From positions 1,065-65,064 of the forward strand of contig JAZDPL010000061.1 in the NCBI GenBank assembly GCA_043797665.1: a DNA stretch of 64,000 nt, in the 5' to 3' direction. This DNA comes from Candidatus Omnitrophota bacterium (lineage in GTDB: Bacteria > Ratteibacteria > UBA8468 > MWAK01). Numbering within the stretch: the stretch's first letter is position 1; each line of letters opens with the position of its first letter. Below are positions 27,403 to 35,648 of this stretch, piece by piece. Below the pieces are notes generated by a model that saw only the letters and a program-made list of their open reading frames with translations, was not told the DNA's origin and did not search any database. A program made the translations under genes and the position numbers.

Positions 27403-28025
27403 TGGACCGGTTCACGCAAAGAAAATAACTGGAGGAGCCGGCTGGCGCTCTTTTCCATTTCGGTAACGATATGGTTAACCCGGTTGACAAAATAGTTGTA
27501 AGCAATGTAGGTCGGGATAGCCACCGAGAGACCCGCTACCGTGGTAATGAGCGCCTCCCAGATACCACCGGCCAAATCCGCCGGGCCCACCAGTCCACTC
27601 TTCATCTGGACCACCATAAAGGCGCGCACTAATCCGGTAACGGTCCCCAAAAGACCTAACAGGGGCGATACGGTCGCAATGGTAGCCAGAATTCCCAAAT
27701 AGCGCTCCAGATAAGGAATCTCAAAGGAAGCGGTTTCTTCAATCGCTTCCCGCACCTCTTCCATCGGCCGGTCCTGACAGAGTAAACCGCTCTTGACGAT
27801 TCTGGGTACGGAACCCTTGGTCTCCTCACAAAGGTTGAGCGCTTCAACAATCTTATTACGCCGAACCGGTTCTTCTATCTTGCGGAAAAAAGTTTCGCTG
27901 TCAACCTGTGCCCGATGGAGGCTGAAGGCACGCTCGATGATAACCGCAAAAGAAAGGACCGAACAGAAGATGATGGGAATCATCAAAACCCCACCCTTGA
28001 GAATCATTTCTCCAAATCCAAACAT
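27399..28025 (-). CDS. exbB: MotA/TolQ/ExbB proton channel protein
   Basis: 208 aa with three TM segments and the conserved C-terminal half LGLLGTVTGL...GGIWEALITTVAGLSVAIP. Confidence 0.85.
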   Translation of the reverse strand: MFGFGEMILKGGVLMIPIIFCSVLSFAVIIERAFSLHRAQVDSETFFRKIEEPVRRNKIVEALNLCEETKGSVPRIVKSGLLCQDRPMEEVREAIEETASFEIPYLERYLGILATIATVSPLLGLLGTVTGLVRAFMVVQMKSGLVGPADLAGGIWEALITTVAGLSVAIPTYIAYNYFVNRVNHIVTEMEKSASRLLQLFSLREPVQ

Positions 28026-28047
28026 AAACCTCCTTTTATATCTTCAA

Positions 28048-29148
28048 TTATATCCCTTTAATCAAACCCTTGTAAAGTTGGACGTATTCAGAAACCATTT
28101 TGTCCCGGGAAAAATCCTTTTCGACCCGTTCTTTACCCTGCCGGCCCATTTTCAGGCGTCTTTTTTCGTCTTCTAAGAGTAAAATAATCTTCTGAGCAAT
28201 CTGCTGGGGATTAGCCGGCTCTACCAGAAAACCTTCTTCACCTTCCGTAACCACCTCAGGAATTCCCGAGACCGAGGTAGCCACCGCGGGCAGACCATAG
28301 GAAAGCGCCTCCAAAAGCGCTACCGGCATCCCTTCCCAGAGAGAAGGCAGAACAAAGACGTCCAGAGCCGAATAAAAAAGAGAGAGGTTTCTCTGGAACC
28401 CCAAAAAAGAGACGGAACCGGAAAGTCCTAACCGGCGGCTGAAAGTCTCCAAATCCTTTCTTAACGGTCCGGCACCGGAAATTAAGAGTTTTGCACCGGG
28501 GAACTTATGAACCACCTCCCGGAAGGCAGGTAAAAGATACTGGTATCCTTTGGCAGACCGAAGGTTTCCTACCGAACCGACCAGGAGAGTGTCTTTAGAA
28601 AAGCCTAAATAAGACTTAGCCTCCTCTTTGTGAATCGGAGTAGCAGAAGGAACGCCGTTGGGAATGACCATAACTTTTTCCGGCGGTATACCGGTCCGCA
28701 GCAGCATCTTACGACCTGCCTGACTGTTACTGACCACGAAACGGCAGAGCGGAGAGGTCAGGCGGTCAATCACATTGTGATAGAACCGGCGCCAGCGGTC
28801 GGTCGAACGCTGACCTCCAACAATAACCGTTACCCCGGCCACCTTTCCCACAAGCCGGCCGAAAATATTGGCTAAAAAGAGAAAGGTCTGAAGGATATCC
28901 GGACGGTAGACCAACAGAAAGCGATAAAGCCGGAAAGGAAGCAAAAAGATTTTACTGCGGCTATTGATATCCAGCGTGTAAACCGGCACACCCGTTCTTT
29001 GCGCTGAACGGTGAAGGGAACCTTCAGGTTTTATGGTTAAAATCGCCACCGAAAACTCTTCTTTCCGAAGACCGGTTGCCAACGAAATGACCATCTTCTC
29101 CGTACCGCCGATTCGGCTATCCACCGTAAAAAACAGAATTCTGGTCAT
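28048..29148 (-). CDS. glycosyltransferase family 4 (GT-B, group 1)
   Basis: 366 aa with N-terminal GGTEK and C-terminal ...LPSLWEGMPVALLEALSYGLPAVAT... (EX7E region). Confidence 0.85.
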   Translation of the reverse strand: MTRILFFTVDSRIGGTEKMVISLATGLRKEEFSVAILTIKPEGSLHRSAQRTGVPVYTLDINSRSKIFLLPFRLYRFLLVYRPDILQTFLFLANIFGRLVGKVAGVTVIVGGQRSTDRWRRFYHNVIDRLTSPLCRFVVSNSQAGRKMLLRTGIPPEKVMVIPNGVPSATPIHKEEAKSYLGFSKDTLLVGSVGNLRSAKGYQYLLPAFREVVHKFPGAKLLISGAGPLRKDLETFSRRLGLSGSVSFLGFQRNLSLFYSALDVFVLPSLWEGMPVALLEALSYGLPAVATSVSGIPEVVTEGEEGFLVEPANPQQIAQKIILLLEDEKRRLKMGRQGKERVEKDFSRDKMVSEYVQLYKGLIKGI

Positions 29149-29164
29149 AAAATTAACGCTTCAT

Positions 29165-29218
29165 GTCACCCTGAGCCCTTCGCTCCCTGTCATTCTGAGC
29201 CAAAGGCGAAGAATGACA
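29165..29218. repeat. R2-family repeat
   Basis: GTCACCCTGAGCCCTTCGCTCCCTGTCATTCTGAGCCAAAGGCGAAGAATGACA. Confidence 0.75.
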
Positions 29219-29225
29219 TTTAATG

Positions 29226-29642
29226 TTATTTTGCAATGGTTTTAAATTTGGGTAAATGTCCATAATTTACCGCAATCTCCTCCGGTCCCTGACCCATGAG
29301 GCACTGGCAAGCCAACGCTGCGGCCAGGGTATGAGCGGGCAAAACCCGGGCGTTTAGTTCCGGAGTGGACTGAACAAAAATTTTTTTTCCGGTAACTACT
29401 GCCCAACCTTTCACCACTGCCAGACCGAACCGCAAACCGGTCCAGGACCCTGGTCCATTACAGACCGCAAAGAAGTCCATATCTTTTATCGTTATCCGGT
29501 TCTCTCTCAGAAAGGCGCCTAATCCCGGCCAGAATTCGGTTAGCAGGTCACCGGGAAATGAGACCTCATCAAGTAAGGCATTATCCTCAGCCAGGGCAAC
29601 GCTTTTCACCGCTCCCGTTGTCTCAATCGCCAATACGCGCAT
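29226..29642 (-). CDS. tsaB: tRNA t6A biosynthesis protein TsaB/YeaZ-like (short form)
   Basis: 138 aa. MRVLAIETTG...FAVCNGPGSWTGLRFG matches the TsaB motif GPGSFTGLR. Only the N-terminal ASKHA half is present. Confidence 0.7.
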   Translation of the reverse strand: MRVLAIETTGAVKSVALAEDNALLDEVSFPGDLLTEFWPGLGAFLRENRITIKDMDFFAVCNGPGSWTGLRFGLAVVKGWAVVTGKKIFVQSTPELNARVLPAHTLAAALACQCLMGQGPEEIAVNYGHLPKFKTIAK

Positions 29643-30402
29643 ATTTTGCTTCCACTAAAGTACAACTTAACACTCCAAAAGGGGCGCGCGCCGAAAAGTA
29701 GAGCGGCACTCTCAATTTATCCGCGGAAATCCACATCCACAGCGAACCCTGTTGAAAAGGCACTCCCTGCAAGGAGGCACCCGGCTGGAGGATAAAAGCA
29801 TCCCATATTTTTCCCAGCGCCTTAAATTTTGTTCTGCGTAACACCTTCACCGTTACCGTATAATTCTTTCGGTCTATGATTAAGGGCACCTTAATCTGGT
29901 CACCAACCTTCAATTCCCGTGTTCGCAAATAGTAGAGAATGGAAAGAGGGTCCTGAAAAAACTCCGGGGTCTCAAAGGTAACATTTTTCATTGACAAGCC
30001 TTTCTTCTTCTTATACTTCTCCTGGTGCCACAACCCTTTCTTCTGTCCCCGGGGGTACTCAATACTCTCTGACTTGATTTCGGCCGGCGCCCAGTAATTA
30101 AACCGGTACCGCAGAAGAGAGAAATCTTTTGGGGAAACAAAAGATTCGATCCTGGTCCGGATGGGCTCCAAATAGCGAAAGAAACCCCTGGTCTCGGTGT
30201 CTGCCTGAAGATGGAATACTTCTTCGCCGGCAGCCTCACTTTTATCCACCACCTGCAGTTTCATCGTACCGCTGGTCAAGAAATTCCACTTAATCTCGTA
30301 ACAGAACATCTCACCCGGAGCAAACGGAACGGTCTGGCTGGCACAACGGAAAGGAGAAAAAATAACGATAACCAGCCAGAAAAAAAATCCAACTCTAATC
30401 AT
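29623..30402 (-). CDS. secreted DUF3108-like beta-barrel protein
   Basis: 259 aa with a signal peptide and an alternating beta pattern (YEIKWNFLTSGTMKLQV...). The family call is from memory of DUF3108 features and is tentative. Confidence 0.4.
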   Translation of the reverse strand: MIRVGFFFWLVIVIFSPFRCASQTVPFAPGEMFCYEIKWNFLTSGTMKLQVVDKSEAAGEEVFHLQADTETRGFFRYLEPIRTRIESFVSPKDFSLLRYRFNYWAPAEIKSESIEYPRGQKKGLWHQEKYKKKKGLSMKNVTFETPEFFQDPLSILYYLRTRELKVGDQIKVPLIIDRKNYTVTVKVLRRTKFKALGKIWDAFILQPGASLQGVPFQQGSLWMWISADKLRVPLYFSARAPFGVLSCTLVEAKYARIGD

Positions 30403-30424
30403 CTTTCGTTCTTTAATCGTAAAT

Positions 30425-30485
30425 TGTAGGGGTCGGATTCATCCGACCCGCGTATCTCTCGGGCTCAATAAATTGAGCCCCTACA
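30425..30485. repeat. R1 double-hairpin repeat
   Basis: TGTAGGGGTCGGATTCATCCGACCCGCGTATCTCTCGGGCTCAATAAATTGAGCCCCTACA. Confidence 0.9.
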
Positions 30486-30573
30486 TTAATCCCTCAATCT
30501 GGTACCCCCTTATATTTTACTCCAACTTGCCCCACCCCGGCAAAAAATGGTATACTAATACAAACGAAATAAG

Positions 30574-30625
30574 TGTAGGGGCTTGATTTATCAAGCCCGC
30601 GGGTCGGATGAATCCGACCCCTACA
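30574..30625. repeat. R1 double-hairpin repeat
   Basis: TGTAGGGGCTTGATTTATCAAGCCCGCGGGTCGGATGAATCCGACCCCTACA. Confidence 0.9.
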
Positions 30626-30642
30626 TCAAATTATTTATTTCT

Positions 30643-31317
30643 ATGGTTAGTGAATGGGAGTGGGTCTTAAGATTACTTTTGGCGTCGGTACTGGGCAGTA
30701 TCATCGGCCTGGAACGGGAGAGCCACGGACGGGAAGCCGGCTTTCGTACCCTGATGCTGGTCTGCGGCGGAACCGCCTTGATTATGGTAACTTCTCTCCG
30801 TATTCCGGAACTCTTTCCTGCTTCTGACGCCAATTCCATCCTCCGTTTAGACCCGGCCCGGCTCGCCTACGGAACGATTACCGGTATCGGTTTTTTAGGA
30901 GCGGGCGCCATCGTCCGGGATGAAAAACGTATCCGGGGCATCACAACCGCGGCCTGCCTCTGGGTTGTTGCTGCGATTGGCTTGGCGGTCGGTGCCGGTT
31001 TTTATCTTATGGCACTGATTACCACCGCTGTTTCCGTAATTATACTTTATTGCTTAAGGTGGGTGGAACACTTCATTCCCAGAGACCTCTACAACGAGGT
31101 TACGATTGTCCGACAGGGTGAAATAGACCTGGCTCCTTTAATGGAAATCTTCATTCAAGAGAAGGCAAACGTTCTGAACCATCAGATAAAAGTGCAGACT
31201 CCGCCGCCGATGACTGAGATGGAATTTACCTTGCGACACAAGAACCGGAATATTTCGGAAAGGCTGGTCAAGAAACTCTTAAGTCTGCCGGGTGTAAAAC
31301 AGGTGGAATGGAAATAA
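30643..31317 (+). CDS. mgtC: MgtC/SapB family membrane protein
   Basis: Start moved to MVSEWEW because the ORF-track start lies inside an R1 repeat. Contains SIIGLERESHGREAGFRTLMLV (MgtC signature) plus an ACT-like C-terminal domain. Confidence 0.85.
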   Translation: MVSEWEWVLRLLLASVLGSIIGLERESHGREAGFRTLMLVCGGTALIMVTSLRIPELFPASDANSILRLDPARLAYGTITGIGFLGAGAIVRDEKRIRGITTAACLWVVAAIGLAVGAGFYLMALITTAVSVIILYCLRWVEHFIPRDLYNEVTIVRQGEIDLAPLMEIFIQEKANVLNHQIKVQTPPPMTEMEFTLRHKNRNISERLVKKLLSLPGVKQVEWK

Positions 31318-31374
31318 AAAGGGCAGGCTATGACTCTACCCAAAACCCCTGGTAAAATAAAGCCTGCCCTTTTA
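31317..31374. terminator. candidate bidirectional terminator hairpin between convergent mgtC and hup
   Basis: AAAAGGGCAGGCT (31317-31329) pairs with AGCCTGCCCTTTT (31361-31373). The 13-bp stem is flanked by A/T runs, but the ~31-nt loop is atypically large. Confidence 0.4.
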
Positions 31375-31379
31375 AGAAT

Positions 31380-31649
31380 TTACTTCACTGCGCTCTTGAG
31401 GGCGCTACCAGCCTTGAAAACTGGAACCTTCTTTGCGGGGATGTTGATGGTCTTGCCGGTGCGCGGATTGCGCCCGGTGCGTGCCTTCCTTCTGGAAACC
31501 TTGAAGGTGCCGAAACCAACCAGCGTTACAGCCTTACCCTTCTTCAGTTCACCCTTGACTGCATTCAGGACTGCATCAACCGCTGCTGCCGCTTCCTTCT
31601 TGCTGCACACCGCCTTACCCACTGCTTCGATCAGTTCGCTTTTATTCAT
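31380..31649 (-). CDS. hup: HU-family DNA-binding protein
   Basis: 89 aa: MNKSELIEAV...GFGTFKVSRRKARTGRNPRTGKTINIPAKKVPVFKAG, the canonical HU arm. Confidence 0.95.
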   Translation of the reverse strand: MNKSELIEAVGKAVCSKKEAAAAVDAVLNAVKGELKKGKAVTLVGFGTFKVSRRKARTGRNPRTGKTINIPAKKVPVFKAGSALKSAVK

Positions 31650-31847
31650 TCTTTTTCACCCCCCTTCTTACGGAATATCAATAATTTTCCCCATATTTTA
31701 CACCTTATTTTTCGTTTTGTCAAGTGGAGCAAGGAAAAGCACCGCTATCCTGGTGTCAGAATATTGTAAAATTTAGAGATTTCCAGATCTTCCCTAACCT
31801 TCGCAAGGGATAGGGCATGAATCGTCGATTTACATTTACGACAAGCC

Positions 31848-32092
31848 GGGCCCGTGGCTCAGCGGTAGAGCAGCGGACTCATAATCCGTTCAGGTCAATT
31901 TTAATCCGAGGTTTTCTCCCGGGCTAATCTCCAGCAAACCATTGTGTATCAACGGTCTTGTCATTGCGAGCCCGAAGGGCGTGGCAATCTCATCCTTCCC
32001 CATTTTTAACGAATTCTGTCACACACCTGTCACACTCCTGCACCTTTCGTTTCTTATTGAAATCGTTTGACTATCAATGGATTTGAAAGAAA
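31848..32092 (+). repeat. T block copy 1: 43-nt tRNA-Met-like 5' fragment plus ~200-nt conserved tail
   Basis: GGGCCCGTGGCTCAGCGGTAGAGCAGCGGACTCATAATCCGTT gives the acceptor 5' strand, D arm (GCTC/GAGC) and anticodon arm (GCGGA-CTCATAA-TCCGT, anticodon CAT). No T arm or CGGGCCC 3' acceptor follows. The tail is about 85-90 percent alike in copies at 35701 and 50827. Confidence 0.85.
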
Positions 32093-32208
32093 GAAGTGCT
32101 ACTCGACGACACCAAAACCACAACCGCGGGAAAAATCAACTTACCGCGAGCTAAGCAAAACCATCAAAAACTTGACCAGCCAACACTTTCGGCTTGCTTT
32201 GGAAAACA

Positions 32209-33870
32209 TTACCAATCCAATGTATCCTGTTCGTGTTCAAACTTTAAGAGTGGGTAATGGCTTTTAACCGACATTGAAACCGCAGGCTGTGGAGTACCAC
32301 CATCATTTCTTATCAAGACATAAGGAAATCTTATCTGCAGCCACCTCGTACATATTATTTTTGGGTTTCTTGATTCTGGGTATTCACAACCATAGAAAAA
32401 ATCGATTATTTTCGTCTTATTTGCTGTAAATAGATCCGGTATGGTTATTTCTGATAACCAAAAACGAGATGGTAGAATTTTCAGTAACTCTTCCTTGTCG
32501 ATTGAAGTAAAGACATTTTCTTCAAAATCGCTTTTTTCAAGGCTTTCAGCATAATCTTCCTTTGTGGTTAGAAACGTTCTCATAACTATTGGTTTAACCT
32601 TACCAATCCTGTCGATTATTCTATTTGTCCAATCATCCAAAGGTTGTGGGGTCCCTTTACGCGACTCAAGTAGTTCTAATGTGACAATTGTAGCCGCCCA
32701 TTCTGCCTCCTCATGGAGAGTTGTAACTTTGGCAGGGAGTATGATAACTGCATAATTTGCTCTGAATGCAGGATCATATTTTGGTAAAGTTATGCGCTTG
32801 AGTGAGTCTACGGGCAAGCAAAAATACATCCCGAGATTATCATCGTGAATAATAAAATGGTCTACCCAAGCAGAGGTAGACATGAAATAGTCTGTCCGTA
32901 CTGCAGGGGGGTTTGAATATGCGCTTTGTGCCTCCGGTTGCCATTTATCAGAATTCAGTGTGTGTCCAAAGATCGGAACCACATGCAAATCGGAGAGAAT
33001 ATCGTGGGTGGTGAAAATAAGCAAGACTGGACACTTACTTTCTATATATCGGTATATGTATTCGTTATATTCTATATTAGGATTTTCAAAAAAATCTATC
33101 AATCTATATGTTAACCCATATTGATTTAATACTTTTTTAATTTGTTCATTACTGAAAATGAAATCTCCACCTCCGCCCTTTAACTTTACTTGTTCATGAT
33201 CCACTCCAACTATTTTGTTTATGTTTTCGGGCGTAATTAAATCGGCTTCCTCGCGTGTATTGTTCAACACCATACATAGTGAAGCATGCGCACATACGGA
33301 AGTTAGGCTATTCTGCTGACAAAAAAAGGTGCCGGTAATATCAAACTGGAAAGTTTCATCTTTAGATATACTTATTTCCCGCTTAAACTTCTTATGAATA
33401 TGCAAATAATTATTCTGTAACGGTATAGAGGTTCCAGCACCCTTATAATTTCTAATTTTGGGGATGGTAAATAGCGCATTAAAGAGGTAGGATTTCCAAT
33501 TGTTGTCTTTTTTAGGATCTTGAAAATTCATAACTACGGCACTTGCCAAAAAATGTTCACTGCTTAGAGATAATATATCATTGAAGGAGGAAACTCGTTC
33601 AGTTAAAAAAGTAATTCTATATGGCTGGAATTTAATGGGTTGACCAAAGTATTTAATTAAGGCTATACATTCATCACTTATCTCGGCATATTCAGGCGCG
33701 ATTTCTTCAATTACGGCTGTTTCAACGCGCATTTTTCTTGCAAGCGAACATAACCGATGAAAAGCTGAATTATGCGAAAGTCCGGAAGATTCCCCTAAAC
33801 AATGTTGTTTGATGAAAGAATAAAGGGAACAATGCTCCCCTATGGATTCAATCCTTCGATTAAGCACCAT
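32209..33870 (-). CDS. 553-aa C39-like (papain-fold) cysteine peptidase domain protein, paralog of 37861..39519
   Basis: FFCQQNSLTSVCAHASLCMVLNN resembles the Q...C(G/A)xxxLxMVL nucleophile region of C39-like peptidases. Downstream are HVVPIFGHTLNSD and IIHDDNLG (candidate His/Asp). It is colinear with the 552-aa protein over its full length. RBS AGGGGG. Confidence 0.55.
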   Translation of the reverse strand: MVLNRRIESIGEHCSLYSFIKQHCLGESSGLSHNSAFHRLCSLARKMRVETAVIEEIAPEYAEISDECIALIKYFGQPIKFQPYRITFLTERVSSFNDILSLSSEHFLASAVVMNFQDPKKDNNWKSYLFNALFTIPKIRNYKGAGTSIPLQNNYLHIHKKFKREISISKDETFQFDITGTFFCQQNSLTSVCAHASLCMVLNNTREEADLITPENINKIVGVDHEQVKLKGGGGDFIFSNEQIKKVLNQYGLTYRLIDFFENPNIEYNEYIYRYIESKCPVLLIFTTHDILSDLHVVPIFGHTLNSDKWQPEAQSAYSNPPAVRTDYFMSTSAWVDHFIIHDDNLGMYFCLPVDSLKRITLPKYDPAFRANYAVIILPAKVTTLHEEAEWAATIVTLELLESRKGTPQPLDDWTNRIIDRIGKVKPIVMRTFLTTKEDYAESLEKSDFEENVFTSIDKEELLKILPSRFWLSEITIPDLFTANKTKIIDFFYGCEYPESRNPKIICTRWLQIRFPYVLIRNDGGTPQPAVSMSVKSHYPLLKFEHEQDTLDW

Positions 33871-33891
33871 ATTACCCCCTGAAATGCAAAA

Positions 33892-33922
33892 GGCCGACCT
33901 GAAATCTTCGACTAGGTCGGCC
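33892..33922 (-). terminator. hairpin plus U-tract between the small ORF and the 553-aa gene (leaky terminator or attenuator)
   Basis: The minus strand reads GGCCGACCT-13 nt-AGGTCGGCC followed by TTTTGCATTT. The RBS and ATG of the 553-aa gene begin about 10 nt later. Confidence 0.5.
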
Positions 33923-33949
33923 CATGCAAATAGAATAAATCCTTTCTTG

Positions 33950-34144
33950 CTAAAATGTTCTTATAGGCTCTCCTAAAACAAAAGGAGTCTTTTTCGCCTG
34001 TTCCTCAGCAAGCTTAGTCCTTTCAAACTTAGCTTCTTCTTGCTCATTTAGCCCGGTGATGCGATATTCCCTAGAGACACTCTCCCATCCTTTTAGAATG
34101 GAGGTTTCATTATCTCTTCTTGCATCAGTCTTGTCTTTCGACAT
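33950..34144 (-). CDS. 64-aa charged hypothetical protein upstream of the 553-aa gene
   Basis: ORF-track frame. Same strand as the 553-aa gene and 80 nt upstream of it. No recognisable motif. Confidence 0.4.
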   Translation of the reverse strand: MSKDKTDARRDNETSILKGWESVSREYRITGLNEQEEAKFERTKLAEEQAKKTPFVLGEPIRTF

Positions 34145-34306
34145 AGGGCCCCCCTAATTCAACTATCATTTAATGTCAATTGTAAGCGCTTTTTTGAGGT
34201 TTGTCAAGTAGATGCTTGAATAATATAGTAAACCACATCATGGGTAATTGCGTCAAGTGTTACCATATATTAACAATTCCCACTACGTCATTCATCACGT
34301 ATTGCA

Positions 34307-34438
34307 CTAGGGTAAATATTCCGATGGCAATACCCAGAAGTCTTTCTCGACGATTTGCGGACTTATCCGCATTCGTTCGGCGGTCTGCACAAAGTAAAGA
34401 CCCCGTTCTTCACCAGGTAGCCGGATGAACTGGTTCAT
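34307..34438 (-). pseudogene. relic N-terminus of an AbiEii/DUF1814-type nucleotidyltransferase toxin
   Basis: A 43-codon frame reads MNQFIRLPGEERGLYFVQTAERMRISPQIVEKDFWVLPSEYLP*. The (I/L)xEKD(F/Y/V)WV motif about 30 aa from the start is what I recall for AbiEii N-termini. The frame stops after 43 aa and no remainder is present. Confidence 0.35.
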
Positions 34439-34743
34439 GATTTAGGAATTCCCTTCCGCAATAGCCCGCAAATGAGCCCCCACCCAGGCGGCTGCCGATG
34501 TCCAGAAAATTAATTGGAACAACCACCGCACCCCTGCCGAGGCCATAGATTCTGCTAACTATCCTGAAATCAATGCTTATCCATAATTATCGAGGGTGTT
34601 TTTTGTAAGAAAAAATAGCATGTTTTTCTTACATAAATCAGTCCAAAAGCAAACCTCATCGGGTTGGATAGGCATATTTTATCATAACCTCTCCGTAAAC
34701 CTCAATGAAAAACCTATTTTGGGGTGGTTTACGGAACGACGTT

Positions 34744-34940
34744 CAAACCTGCCAGTTAGATAATTTCTTGCCTATTTCCCCTCCCGGGAGTACTACAGGA
34801 ACCGGTAGAATAAACTCATGGTAGAAGTTATATAGGAAATGGTAGGGCGGACTTTTTTGGAGAAAGTGATACATAGAATACCACCCGAGGGGAGATTTAC
34901 GTCAGGATAAAGCGTAGCTACGTAGGATCGCATAGAATTG
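34744..34940 (+). repeat. type C element (~200 nt) copy 1
   Basis: CAAACCTGCCAGTTAGATAATTTCTTGCCTATTT...CTCCCGGGAGTACT...GGTAGAAGTTATATAGG...GATACATAGAATACCACCCGAGGGGAGATTTACG... It is about 85-90 percent alike with 51168-51365, and there is a partial copy at 36855-36935. Confidence 0.85.
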
Positions 34941-35016
34941 ATTTTATAGGGTGGAGTATAGTAGAATGAAAGAATGGTTGGTGGTTGAGATAAACAATAA
35001 TAGTGAGGAAATAAAT

Positions 35017-35421
35017 ATGGGCAGAAGCAAAATAATGAAAAAATTGTTAATAATTATTTTCCTGCTAACTTTAATTCCTTTTTCTTCGGGGTGTGGTGTA
35101 ACGAAGGTGGTTGGGGCTGGTGGATATGCTGCATCTCAAAGTCCCGAGAGAACTGTGGAAATTATACAAGTAAATAACCAGTATAGAATAGAAATGGAAA
35201 AGTTAATTATACAAGCAAAAATCAAACACACTGAATTGTATGTCCAGTATAAAATAGAAATGGAAAAGTTAAACCTGGAACGAGAAAAGGCAGGCTTAAA
35301 ACCTAAATCAATAATGGGTTTTGAAGAATGGCGTAACCTACAACCATTAAGTCTTACAGAATGGAAGTTAATTAAAGAAATGAAGGAACAAGAGAAAGTA
35401 AAAACAGACACTCCTACGTAG
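35017..35421 (+). CDS. small lipoprotein with internal coiled-coil duplication
   Basis: GAGGA RBS 9 nt before the ATG at 35017. The signal plus lipobox reads MKKLLIIIFLLTLIPFSSGC. The motif Y(R/K)IEMEKL is duplicated. Confidence 0.6.
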   Translation: MGRSKIMKKLLIIIFLLTLIPFSSGCGVTKVVGAGGYAASQSPERTVEIIQVNNQYRIEMEKLIIQAKIKHTELYVQYKIEMEKLNLEREKAGLKPKSIMGFEEWRNLQPLSLTEWKLIKEMKEQEKVKTDTPT

Positions 35422-35519
35422 AAATAGACCCGTTACCTGCAAGATTCTTTTATTTCCGTCCTGGAGAGTGACTTACCCTGAATACCCTATTCCCATCATT
35501 CTGACAGGTAATTATCCAT

Positions 35520-35630
35520 CCGATCCCCTCTGACAACACAAGAAACCTTTTCAGACAAGCACCCCCACCACCCTGTCGCAATTAATTCCGGTTCTTATTC
35601 TGCTCTGCACTCTAAAGAAGGGTGGTACAG
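35520..35630 (+). repeat. type A element copy A1
   Basis: CCCCTCTGACAACACAAGAAACC...CCCCCACCACCCTGTCGCAATTAATTCC...AAGGGTGGTAC. The flanking ACCACCC/GGGTGGT arms enclose the GTCGCAATTAAT core. Confidence 0.8.
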
Positions 35631-35648
35631 AAGACGGGGTAAGGTCAA

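Noticed and set aside
31330-31776. 148-aa + strand ORF overlapping hup.
   Set aside because: It is antisense to a canonical HU gene and has a low-complexity Ala/Leu/Pro/Thr-rich translation.
31848-31925. Complete tRNA-Met genes at 31848, 35701 and 50827.
   Set aside because: Only positions 1-43 (acceptor 5' strand, D arm, anticodon arm) are tRNA-like. What follows (CAGGTCAATTTTAATCCGAGG...) has no 5-bp T stem and no GTTCRANYC loop, and the required 3' acceptor CGGGCCC(A) is absent in all three copies.
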